A DNA stretch of 63,498 nucleotides, the filler included, from Octopus bimaculoides (taxonomy: Eukaryota), in NCBI RefSeq assembly GCF_001194135.2. It is 4 parts of 4 records of this genome, joined end to end, with 100 filler letters (N's around TTAATTAATTAA, not from the genome) between each part and the next. Parts side by side here need not be neighbours in the genome. Positions count along the whole stretch, not along the records: positions 50,679 to 63,498 come from NC_068985.1; 3 more parts are not named here. One strand, given 5' to 3'. This document shows, piece after piece, positions 52,458 through 63,467 of the stretch. Both the position numbers and the translations under genes were made by a program. Position 1 is the first letter of the stretch, and each line of letters starts with the position of its first letter. Under the pieces are notes generated by a model that had not been told where the DNA came from, did not search any database, and was given only the letters and a program-made list of their open reading frames with translations.

Positions 52458-54727
52458 CATATATACATAGGTATATAATTACACATTATAGGTAGATAGG
52501 TTGATAGACTGACAGGTTTGTGGGTAGGTAGGGAGGGAGGGAGGTACGTACGTACGTACGTACGTAGGCACGTAAGGAGGTACGTGGGGAGGGAGGCAGG
52601 TTCGTGGGCAGGTAGCTTGATTGTTTGATAGATGTGTGTATGCATGTATGTATACACTCACACGCATGCGCCAATTCCTGCATTTATATTTTATACACTT
52701 ACAACGTGAAAATTGAGTATACATCTTTCTACAGGTATATGGATATAAATGTTTATACTTGCAAGGCATATGTATATGTATGTATGTATGTATGTATATT
52801 CTTGAATGTGTGCGAGCCTATATTCATGTTAATGCAATTTTCAAAGCGGAAACGACCTGCCTATACATTCAGTAGTTTTGGGAGTGGCTTTCCGGATCGT
52901 TGCTTCTTCATTAATTGCGATTAAAGTCATCGTGAAAATCAATACAAGTTCGTTTATTTATTCTTTAATTCTGCAGTAATCGACTGGTCAGCAAGGATGA
53001 GAGACAAACTTTTACAGTTAGTTATGTATAGATTACCTAGGCCATCGATTACTTTCTCTCTCAGTCACCCCCTCACTTTCTCTCCCCTGCTCTCTCCTCT
53101 CTTTCCTTTTATCCCCTCTTTCTCCCTACCTTTCTCTCTACAATTAATTGCTACAGAACTTTATAAGTTATTCTACTAGAATTGACTGTACAGCTTTAAT
53201 TATAGTTTCAGCTGTCTCTTATTAAATGGCACGACTGTTTAAATCAGTTATTGTATTTTCCTTTATTTTTATTTATTCATTATTTTGATGAGAGAGAGAG
53301 ACAGAGGGAGAGGGAGGCAGCGACTGAGCGGGAGAGGGGGGGAGAGAGAGAGAGTTCAGCAGATGCAGATCACATGTTAGCGTTTTGAAGCTATGAACTC
53401 AAACCTAGATTTTAACCAGAGTTCATGTTTGATTTTCATAATTATTTTCATATATTTAAAGTGCCAATTATGACATTTTACATGAAAATTATATCAAACT
53501 TTGCTGAGTTAATTAAGTGATTTATAATTCATAATTGCAGTTTCATCTAATTTATATGATAATTCAATACTAATTTGACATAGGTACTTAGCGATAACAA
53601 GACGTGTAGTTTAAAACGGGTACTGTACATGATAAATTTAGAGGAAGGTGATATACTGAGTCAGAAATTCAATACGCATTATATGAGAAGTATAAACGAA
53701 ACTGGTTCGCCCTGCGAGAAAGAACAGCCAAATCATTTTCAAATAATACCCAACAACATGGAAACGAGAATGATAGAAAGAGTACGTCGTTCTAGATGCG
53801 TAATACTTTGGAAAAGGTGTCTGAAACACTCTTGGCCATACAACTATTTGCTAAGACTTGAGCTGATATAATGTATATTACTGCGATAGTTTTTAAAGTA
53901 ACAAAGCTTATAATAACACGAGTAAAGACTTGGAAAGTAGAAAGATTAGAGCAGCGTATCTTACGTAGGTTTTCACAAAAATGTTCCCGTCTTTCGTGCA
54001 TTCTTTTATTATAAATTCCCTTGGCTGATCGTTTTTGCTGACAATTTTAACAAACACAAAACAAAATAGAAGAACAAATCTGTTTATGTCCCAATCACTA
54101 ATGTGATGAATAAAGTCGATTTATATTTGTTTCCAGATCTAAAGTGTGATCAAGATGATCGATACCAATAATTTGGAGGGAAGGTTATTGTAATGGTGAT
54201 TATGGTCACAAGTGAAATAATTACAATCAAGTCAATAGCATTGAACCTTATAATTGCAAGTGTGACTTAGGTACAAACAGCAATCAAGGCTGCAACATAA
54301 TCTTGATGTTAAAATAAAGTAATTTTATTGGTATTATTATTAATAAAAATAGAATTTATGATTATATGGAGGTTTGAATTGAATATCATAACTTTTCAAA
54401 TATTATTCATTAAATTTCAGTTGCTTAAATATCTGTTATTGAAATATTGATATTAAATGAACGAGAATGTAAAGAATGAAATGTTGAAAGATTAGTATAT
54501 ATATCATACATAGATAATGGGTCGATGAACAAACCAACGAGAGAAACATCTCTAAGTAATCGGCCGACTTGGTGGAAACAGTTGTAAGATCTCCATCAAA
54601 ACACACACTGCCACCTTAAGAAAGGATTCATTGATCTTGAGAGAAAATGAATGCAAAAAATATAACAAAAGAACGGGGTGATAATGGCTGTAAAGCCTTT
54701 CATCAAAGGTCTTTTCTATCAGAGCCT

Positions 54728-54831
54728 CATTGGTACTTATTTTATCGACCCCGGAAGGATAAAAGTAAAGTCGACGGCGGCGGAATTTAAACTCAGAACG
54801 TAAAGAGCGGCGAAATGCTGCTAAGCGTTTT

Positions 54832-54832
<1 letters not shown>
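54728..54832 (-). mobile_element. Family-A SINE truncated at a (TAA)n tract
   Basis: Central domain and B-box present; head ends where the microsatellite begins. Confidence 0.85.
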
Positions 54833-54913
<81 letters not shown>

Positions 54914-54933
54914 TAATAATAATAATAATAATA

Positions 54934-55004
<71 letters not shown>
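54833..55004. repeat. (TAA)n microsatellite, about 57 units
   Basis: Direct reading; two interrupted units. Confidence 0.98.
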
Positions 55005-55320
55005 CAATTCCATGTAACCAAAACATGTTGCTAGAAAAAATAGGTGGGATTGGCTGATAAAAAGAACCCTAGAAAAAGAGACTGAGAGCCCTTCACTGGT
55101 AGCGCAAGATCAAGCATTGGCCACGAACTGGAGGGTCAACCTTAGGAATAAGTAATTGTCTCTGTTGTGTCGCATCTGCAATAGAGTGGATGAAACCATT
55201 ACCTATATAACGAACGAATGCCCTAGACTTGCCCAAAACCACTACAAGGTGTGGCGATACGACCAGGCAAAGAAAGTGCTCCATTGGAAACTGTGCGAAA
55301 AGTGGGGTCTAGAGAGCCAA
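55005..55320 (+). mobile_element. R4/Dong-like fragment (CCHC zinc-knuckle region)
   Basis: WDWL...LEKETE...AQDQALATN...LCRICNRVDETITYITNECPRLAQNHYK.WRYDQ...LHWKLCEKWGL. Confidence 0.85.
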
Positions 55321-55590
55321 GGCGTGATATCTAATGTCATCTAAGATATAATGACAGTCGAATTCTTGCGCCTTTTCTGTCTGTCCATGTTATTGTTTTT
55401 GTTGTTTAGCCTCCAAGCAGACTTAGCATCAAAGATATTATTGTGTATGCATGCTCCTACACGAGCACCAGCATTATGCAATATGGTCACCTGTGTGCGC
55501 TCTCATAATAGCAGAAATGCGACTGCGATAGGAAAGGAAAGAGAATGATGGAGATACAAAGTGATAGAGAGGGAGATAGTTTCAGAATAT

Positions 55591-55792
55591 AACTGGCATC
55601 CGTCGGTTATGACGATGAGGGTTTCATTGGATCCTGTGAATTACAGCCACCACTCATTTTCTCCAGCCGAGTGGATTGGAGCAACATGAAATAAAATGTC
55701 TTGCTCAAGGAAGCAACGCACCGCTGGAAATCGAACTCACAAGCTTACGATCGTCAACCGATTACCCTAACAACTAAGCTTTGCGCCTTCAC
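55591..55792 (-). mobile_element. tRNA-derived SINE (family D)
   Basis: Head gaaggcgc..gcttagttgttagg...gagttcgatt, core ccttgagcaagacattttatttc, tail aaccctcatcgtcataaccgacggatgcca. Confidence 0.82.
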
Positions 55793-56456
55793 GAGTTTCG
55801 GTATACTAAGGGGCCAAATGCTATCTGTTTTCTGCTATTATTTCGGAAAATATACTCGGGTAATTTCATTTTCTAAAATACTTACAAGACTTTTGTAGCA
55901 GCATTATAAAAGACTTGATATAACGACCATAACAACTGCACTATCAACAACAAAGTTATAAAACGTTAAAGTTATTACATAGGCACATAATGTGTTCATC
56001 TTTCAAGGAATCTTCGCGTAATTTATTTGAGTTCAAAGAGAAAATGTTAGAACTCATATTTCTCTTTGCATTGTATAAATACGCAAGCACAATATTTTAA
56101 TAGTTTTCTTTTTAATTTCGGCGAAGTAGAAAATATATAATCTTCTGTTGAAGTAATATACTATGTTATTTATATTATAAGCACATTGGTTTCTCCTCTG
56201 AAAAAAATTATTACTAGAATGTATAATGTATTAGTTAAATCCCTGTAATAACGTTAATCTGCTTATGGCTGATTAAAAATTTAAGGAATATACTTTTAAT
56301 TTTCCCGTTTATAATCCCACAAAATATGTATAGATTTGTGCATGTATAGATTCGTGCATATTTTTGAATATACAAGCGTATGTGCACATATTGCTATACA
56401 TGTGTATGCTCTCGCGCGTATAAGTCGCTAATGTTGATAATAATCTCGGACATATT

Positions 56457-56700
56457 AATCTTTTCTACTATAGGCAGAAGTCCTGAAATTTTGTGTGGGC
56501 GATAGTTGATTACATCGACCCCAGTGCTCAACTAGTACTTATTTTAACGAACCTGAAAGAGTCAACCTCAGTGAAATTTGAACTCAGATTCTGCCGCCTT
56601 ACGTGGCCTTATTTAGTCCGAAATAAAAGCAGTGAGCTGGTAGAGTCGTTAGCATGCTGGGCGAAATACTTAGTGGCATTTTGTCTGTTTAAAATTTCTG
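56457..56700 (-). mobile_element. Family-A SINE, diverged with internal deletions
   Basis: gattacatcgaccccagtgctcaactagtactt...aaatttgaactcaga...gttagcatgctgggcgaaat. Confidence 0.78.
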
Positions 56701-56897
56701 AGTTAAATCAAGTAGAGTAGCTACAGACAGGAAAAGATGACCGGCAGCTGCTACAGAGAATCACTCTGTATCTCTAAAAGCCTGGTTGATGGTTCTGTAC
56801 CATTGAGATAAAGGATCCGTACCAACAGATCCCGTGTTTTATAATGTCAAATGAAAGGCTTTTAAAACATGAGAACATTTTTGTAAACATACATTGA

Positions 56898-57546
56898 AAC
56901 GTTGGAACTTTCTGATGTGGCGGGCGCCACTTTTTATTTATGTTTTATTTAGTGTGTTTTCTACCGAAACACTTTCAAACTTCGTATACTTGTATATTTT
57001 CTTTTATAGAAGAGATAAAAAATTTTGTATTCGAAGTTATTTCATGTAAAACAAATTGTCGTAATAGGGTTATGAATATTTTTGCCAATACTCATAACCC
57101 TAATCCTAACCCTAAAAACTTAACCCTAACCCTAAAACCCTAACCCTAACCCTAAAACTAAAACCCGAACCCTAACCCCAAAACCCTAAAGCTAAAACCA
57201 GTACAAACGCACGAACGATGTCATAAATAACATTACCGCCGATAGTTGCTGTTGACAAACAACGGCACTAATATTATTCAAGAGAAAAGATCCTATTACA
57301 CCGCAAAATGCTTTGTTGACGATTCACAGCAGTAATTGTTTTCACCTCAATAGACGTCAGTGATTGGTTGAAATTACCGAAATACGACAATTTTAACACG
57401 AAATAACTTTAAAAAGATAAAATTTTCTCAATAATACTAAGAGTAAAAGATGTTTTATATGACGCATTCTACCAGTGTCCCAAGTTTGAAAGTGTTTCGT
57501 TAAGAAAACAAGTGGCACCCGCCAAATCAGAAGGATCCGAAACGTT
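56898..57546. mobile_element. Foldback/MITE-like element with long imperfect TIRs and an internal telomere-like tract (57095-57199)
   Basis: ttctgatgtggcgggcgccactt / aagtggcacccgccaaatcagaa; gaaacactttcaaactt / aagtttgaaagtgtttc; aaattgtcgta / tacgacaattt; AACGTT at both extremities. Confidence 0.8.
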
Positions 57547-57634
57547 GAGTGAGTGACATATTTTTTAGACAAATATATGTGAATTTTTTTTTTTTTGTTA
57601 TTTTCTAAAATTTTTACTGGTTTTCTTTTTGTAG

Positions 57635-57964
57635 CTCTGACAACAGAAGAGCCACCAGCTGATACACATGGGCCAGTTTTCACGGAAGACGTACCAAACC
57701 CGGTTGTGTTTGCCAATACTAAAGGGGCGTCAATTGATTGCACGGCGCACGGTTTACCTCCACCAAAACTCAACTGGATACGAAAGGATGGCACGGTCGT
57801 CAAAGATATTCCCAAAGTACTTCAGGTACTTCCAAACAATACCCTGTATTTTCTACCTTTTGAGCCAAACCTATTTCAACCAGATGCTCATTCGCAGGAA
57901 TACCGTTGCATAGCGAAAAATAAAGGTGGGAAAATTATCAGTCGCCCTATGCGCATAACAGCTG
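57635..57964 (+). CDS. Dscam: Internal coding exon: first Ig domain of a Down syndrome cell adhesion molecule (Dscam) family protein
   Basis: Polypyrimidine tract plus AG at 57633-57634; donor G|GTAAGT at 57964/57965; 330 nt, phase 1 at both ends. Translation ...GPVFTEDVPNPVVFANTKGASIDCTAHGLPPPKLNWIRKDGTVVKDIPKVLQVLPNNTLYFLPFEPNLFQPDAHSQEYRCIAKNKGGKIISRPMRITA has the Ig C/W/YxC core and matches Dscam Ig1 as I recall it (GPVF..F.N.TG..I.C.A.G.P.P...W...DG..V.D.P...H...Y.C.A.N..G.IISR). The ORF-track start at 57595 is intronic. Confidence 0.93.
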
Positions 57965-58914
57965 GTAAGTATTAGCGATTTTGATTTTTAAATTTTGATT
58001 TAAAGATATTGTTTAATAGGACACGTAGTGCAACGAACTAGATTATGAATAAAAGTTAATTTCATGCCTCTAATTTTTAATGTGAAACAGTTTTGAGGTC
58101 GAAAGTTGTTTTTTTCAGGGTCATCAAAACAATTATAGCTAATTGTGCTGCTTCAACTGAAAATATCTTCCCACTCTAAAATATGGCCTTAAGTATTGAC
58201 AAGTAAATCAATATAATAATTGTAATGATTGATGTTTTTTTCTGTTTGTTATCTACTGCAAACGTGAAACTTGAATTTGTTGTTTTGTGTATTGTATGCG
58301 ATATGCCGAAAATGAAAGATAACATTTAGTAAAGGCAAACATTTCATAAACATTATTAATTTACATTTGACGGACTGAACAGTATCATACTCATAAATTC
58401 TATAATTTCTTTATGTATTTTTTATCGCACGATGGTGGAATTCTAACATTAGACAAGTTATATTACAGCATAGAACGAATTTGTTCAAGAATCACTCTAA
58501 ACTTGGATATTAAACATCAAAAGCTATAGTTTGTCGTAAAATATCTGACAGATACTTGTACACAAAATTTCTAAAATAAAAAAAAATAAATAAATGAACA
58601 AAACATCCAGGTATAAAATAATCTTTTGAAAATTTATAGTTTCGTTTGAAACTATCACATTTTATTGATCTTGTTTGTTATTATTCCATATATATTACCA
58701 TCTTCTTTCGTTATATTTAATTATTCACAAATTTACAACTACATGTTGTTATGGACAAAATCATGCATGCAAACACACCCACACACAAACATTATATATA
58801 TNNNNNNNNNNNNNNNNNNNNNNNNNNNNNNNNNNNNNNNNNNNNNNNNNNNNNNNNNNNNNNNNNNNNNNNNNNNNNNNNNNNNNNNNNNNNNNNNNNN
58901 NNNNNNNNNNNNNA

Positions 58915-59090
58915 GGAGAATATACAAATAATAACAACAGACGAGGACAGGTGGTGTAAATAACAAAAGTATATATTAGTATGACGCTCGGGAATACGGA
59001 AAGTCTTTGACGTTTCGAGCTACGCTCTTCAACAGAAAGAATACGGAGACAAGGAGAAAAACACGGAGAAAAAAAATTGAATAGTGTTCA
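58915..59090 (-). mobile_element. Dispersed repeat carrying a hammerhead-like motif; probable Penelope-like terminal repeat
   Basis: Homologous to 7820-8015. Confidence 0.55.
59004..59040 (-). ncRNA. Minimal type I hammerhead ribozyme-like motif with a variant core (A6U)
   Basis: Reverse strand TCTTT-CTGTTGA-A-GAGC-GTA-GCTC-GAAA-CG-TC-AAAGA: 5-bp stem I, 4-bp stem II, palindromic ACGT stem III, GUC cleavage triplet. Confidence 0.55.
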
Positions 59091-59403
59091 GTCATATATT
59101 AGTGTAGGCTATTTTTCTGGTAAAAAACATGTTTCATGATCTTTAATGTTACCTAACAAGGTTTGGTATTTGTATAATGATTAATCCCTTGGTTGCCAAG
59201 ATTAAGCGATAAGAGGTGTTGTTTTACTGAAGAGAAACGTCAACTGCTGTTAAACCTAAATATTTACTGTTAGGTGTGAGATATTTAAACAGCGACAGTG
59301 CTGAACCTAGAATTATATGACTATACAATAAAAATCCGGCTTACACATTTAGTATCATTACTTGTGTTGTTATTATTGTTGCTGCTGATACTATTATTAG
59401 TAT

Positions 59404-59618
59404 TAAGGCGGCAGACTAGCAGAATCGTTAGTACTTCGGTAAAATGCTTAGCAGCATTTCATCAATTATTATGCTCTGAGTTCAAATTCCACCGAACTCA
59501 CTTTTCCTTTCATCCTTTCGGGGTCGACAAAATAAGTACCAGTAGAGTACTGGGGTCGATATAATCGACTATACTTTCCTCAAAATTCTCAAGCCGTGTG
59601 TCTATAGTAGAAAGGATA
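59404..59618 (+). mobile_element. Family-A SINE
   Basis: aaggcggcagactagcagaatcgttag...gagttcaaattccacc...cctttcatcctttcggggtcgacaaaataagtaccag. Confidence 0.88.
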
Positions 59619-59888
59619 AGGTAACTTTACCTTTACCTTTTATCATTGCTTTATGCAGGTGGGCTGCGTTGCATGAAATATGTTAAATATTCTCGTATCA
59701 AATCGTGGTTGTGCAGGATGTGTGAATGTGTTATTTTATTGGATGGCGACATTGTACAATGTGCAATGTGAATTTTCTTATTTCATTGGGTTATGAATGT
59801 GTAAAATATGTGCTGCGTGAGTTTTGAAGAAAGTGTACCAACTGAGTTGCTTTAATGAATAGAATATGTCTTTAGTAGGATTGTGTTG

Positions 59889-60215
59889 TGTGGAGGCGCA
59901 ATGGCCCAATGTTTAGGGCAGCGGACTCGCGGTCGGAGGATCACGGTTTCGATTCCCAGAGCGGGTGTTGTGTGTGTTTATTGAGCGAAAACATCTAATG
60001 CACCACGAGGCTCCGGCAGGGGGTAGGGGTGGCGACCCCTGTTGTACTCTTTGGCCCCAACTTTCTCTCACTCTTTCTTCCTGTTTCTTGAGTAACGCTG
60101 CGATGGACTGGTGTCCCGTCCAACTGGGGGGAACACATACTCCATAGAAACCGGGAAACCGGGCCCATGAGCCTGGCTAGGCTTTAGAAGGGTGCATAAA
60201 TAAATAAAAAAAATA
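59889..60215 (+). mobile_element. tRNA-derived SINE (family C), full length
   Basis: A/B boxes tggcccaatgtttagg / ggtttcgattccc; gctgcgatggactggtgtcccgtcc at about 60097-60121 (V-SINE-domain-like from memory, unverified); A-rich tail. Confidence 0.85.
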
Positions 60216-60216
60216 A

Positions 60217-61600
60217 AGGATCGTGTTGTAACTAAAGCGGCTATCATTTGAGTTTTGTTATAGATTTATGACTCCTGGTCATTTTTTTAATACCATATCT
60301 AGTCATCCAATTAATACTGTTTTCACTTTCCAACCAACATCCTAAAGCGTTGTTTAGCACTTCTATTTCAATTCCCTTGTACTTTGCTAGTTTTAAAATT
60401 CTTTCTGACAAGTGTTTTGGTCAGAGTATCAAGATCAAGATGTCTATTGGAATACAATCATATTCGGTCTTGTCCTTGATAATTCGACCTGATCTCCTTG
60501 CTAGTATAGACGGCTTTATTTCCAGATCGTACTCAGATCGTTGTTATACACCTTGTTTTCTAAATGCATATATCATTTGTGTGCTTTCATATGAAGTATC
60601 GACATATTCGCCAATGAACGTAAGTGCCGACTCAATGATACCTGAGGATATGTTCTGAGTTTGAAAGCATTCAGCAACCAGAAATGATGTGGTCAGTTAC
60701 CTCAATGTATTGAATACGTTGTCTAAGTTTTAATTTTTCGTTTCACTACATTTTCACCATAGATGTTTAGTGTATTTGGGTTAAAAGCAGAACCAGGTCT
60801 GATTCTAATTTTAGCTGCACTGGATCAATATCTAATAAAAGTAAAAGAAAACTGTAAAAAAGCAAATAATGGAACATGAGACCATTATTGACCATGAAAT
60901 ATATTTCCCAAGCTTTTTCGTTAAAGTATTTTGAAATTTTTCGTTTATATTTTTTAGTCTTTTCTGTATTTGAAGTGTATCTAAATCTCTTTCTTTGATG
61001 CAGATAGCTCCTAGTTTTATTGTTTCTTCATATTCAGCAGAGAAAAACTATTCTGCTCTTTTCTGTACGCTCCCTTATGACACGAATAAGTTTTGATATT
61101 GTTTTATATATTCGTGTTGCTATTTTCCTATCTATATCTTCTACTCCAACATAATTAGTTTCCAGGTTGTACTTTTTGTTACCTTGTGCACTGAGAAATG
61201 TCTGTTTTCTTCATGTGTTCTGTATTACTCTAATCAACTTCCCTCTGAATTATTCTAATTATTTTTTCCATTGTTACTACATCATTTCGTTATTTACCAT
61301 TTGCCTCAGCTTATAGCTTCCCTGTATGCGTGGCAGATTTAATACAATGGTGTCGTAACACTGCCAGTTTTTTTCCTACATTTTTTTCTGTCTAAAGTCA
61401 TTGTTTCACCTACCTTCCAATATATTTCGTTAAAGCTATAAATAACTTGTATAACATATATTTATACCAATTATTTCTAGCATTGAGTTCAGGTTGTAAT
61501 ATATGTCTGGCACTTTCTGTGATAATTTTTTAACTGTTTCTATGAGTTGTATATTCCATCAGTTTCATCTACTGCTAAATAACTTTTAAAGGTAGTTCCG
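60217..61600 (-). mobile_element. Heavily decayed R4/Dong-like element (RT thumb, CCHC, RLE, C-terminus)
   Basis: Minus-strand relics in order: VDETDGI, PELNARN, YSFNEIYW, TLDRKK, LNLPR, TDHIISGC*ML..SEHILRYH*VGTYVHWRIC, RIIKDKTEYDCIPID, KLAKYKGIEIEV. Confidence 0.75.
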
Positions 61601-62398
61601 TTCTAATAGTGAATTTTTTCACTCATTCGATTTCAGCCATAATTAAGCAGATCATTTAAAGGTTTGGTCGATCACATCGATCCTTGATTTCATTTTAAGT
61701 GTGGCATACATTCCATGTGTCTCTATTCTTGTCGACCTGCTAAACAATCTAACATCGGCTGCGAAGGTGTGAGTAACAAAGAAAAAAACGTATATACACA
61801 CTAACACACTTTCACACACATACACGTGCGCACACACACGCTCAGACACATACAAACATAGGAAGACGAATACCTGTATACATATATGTGTATATTAATG
61901 TATATATGCATATATATATATATATATAGTTTTAGGGAAAATAACCAATTTTCAAGAACTCATCGATGAAAATCCACTATCACATATAGAAAAATTAATA
62001 ATTAAAAGTACAATAAATATTATATTTATCTTATGATATTTACTTTACTTTATATTATACTCATTTATTGTACTTTTAATTATTAATTTTTCTATATGTG
62101 ATAGTGGATTTTCATCGATGAGTTCNNNNNNNNNNNNNNNNNNNNNNNNNNNNNNNNNNNNNNNNNNNNNNNNNNNNNNNNNNNNNNNNNNNNNNNNNNN
62201 NNNNNNNNNNNNNNNNNNNNNNNNNNNNNNNNATACTTTATTTATCTGTTAAGGCTAGCACGGGTTTCATGTTAAGAAAATATCTTAATCTTTCAGATAT
62301 TTCTTAACATGAAATTAATGGTAACCTTAATGCACAAATAAAGAATCTTTATCCACCAATACGGTGTTGAACACTTATTTTCATTGTTCATCATTTAC

Positions 62399-62446
<48 letters not shown>

Positions 62447-62859
62447 GAGGCGGGCTTTTGACAAGTTTTCTTCGCACAAATTTACTAACTAAGTATTAGA
62501 CGCCTCGGGACTCTAGTAGAGGATACCTATTGAAGGTACACACAGCAGGACTGAGCCTGGAATCATGTGATTTCGAAAGCCATGCCGTCCGCCAAGTTTG
62601 TCATAAATATCATAATTTGGCTTACTTTTTCAGTTATTCAGCTTTGCCTTTCGTTCGTCTGAAATCAATAACAGAAAGTGCCAGTGAAATATCGGGATCG
62701 ATATAATTGACTTTACTTTCTATCCAATATTTGAGGAAGGGTTGTGTCCTTCTTGAAGCCATTATTATTAAGGCGTTGGAATAAACGAATCAGTAGAGTA
62801 ATGGAAAAAATAATGCGTATCTTTTTATGAAACAATAACTTTGTACCTAAGTTATAATT

Positions 62860-63047
62860 ATATTGTTTAGCAGTTCTTCTTTCGCTTCAGTACGTTCTGA
62901 GTTCATACTCTGCCGGGGTCAACTTCGCTTTCCGTCATTTCAGAGTCGATAAAATAGTCTACCAGTCAAGTACAGGGAGGATATAACCGATGAAGACCCT
63001 CCCTCTCAGACTACTCGATTTGTGCCAAAATTTAAAACCATTATAAT
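62860..63047 (+). mobile_element. Family-A SINE, diverged (a second weaker copy lies at about 62620-62760)
   Basis: cgttctgagttcatactctgccggggtcaacttcgctttccgtcatttcagagtcgataaaatag. Confidence 0.75.
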
Positions 63048-63467
63048 TATTCACAAAATCAGTACTGATTGTCACCATAATATACACATAAGTTCAAGCT
63101 GACCCATCTTGGCGAGTGAATTGTTCTTTTCTTCACGTTTGTTGTTTCATTTCATTTGCATTTACGTCCTTTGAAAATACATCCAATTTTGCCTCTATAT
63201 TTTACTTAGTATAGTATTTTCTTCACAATAACATCATTGGTTACCGGTTTTCAGTGTACCGATTAATGCTTCGTTGCATTTACGATCGTTATAGTGATAA
63301 CAAACAGTATGTGCACCTCAAGCGGAACAACTATCACGAGGAATTTTTGTGCGAATGCATAGTTTTATCAGATTTCCTGACAAACGCTTTCCTTACTGTA
63401 TGATACACCTACATATGCATATACATACATGCATAGATACACACAGATATATACATGTGTATGATTA

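Noticed and set aside
53393-53475. MNSNLDFNQSSCLIFIIIFIYLK as Dscam signal-peptide exon
   Set aside because: Hydrophobic, but the only nearby GT is a weak phase-2 donor; phase 1 is required
1-57634. Tandem array of alternative Dscam Ig exons
   Set aside because: No second Ig-like frame seen on either strand; about 6 kb of gaps remain unexamined
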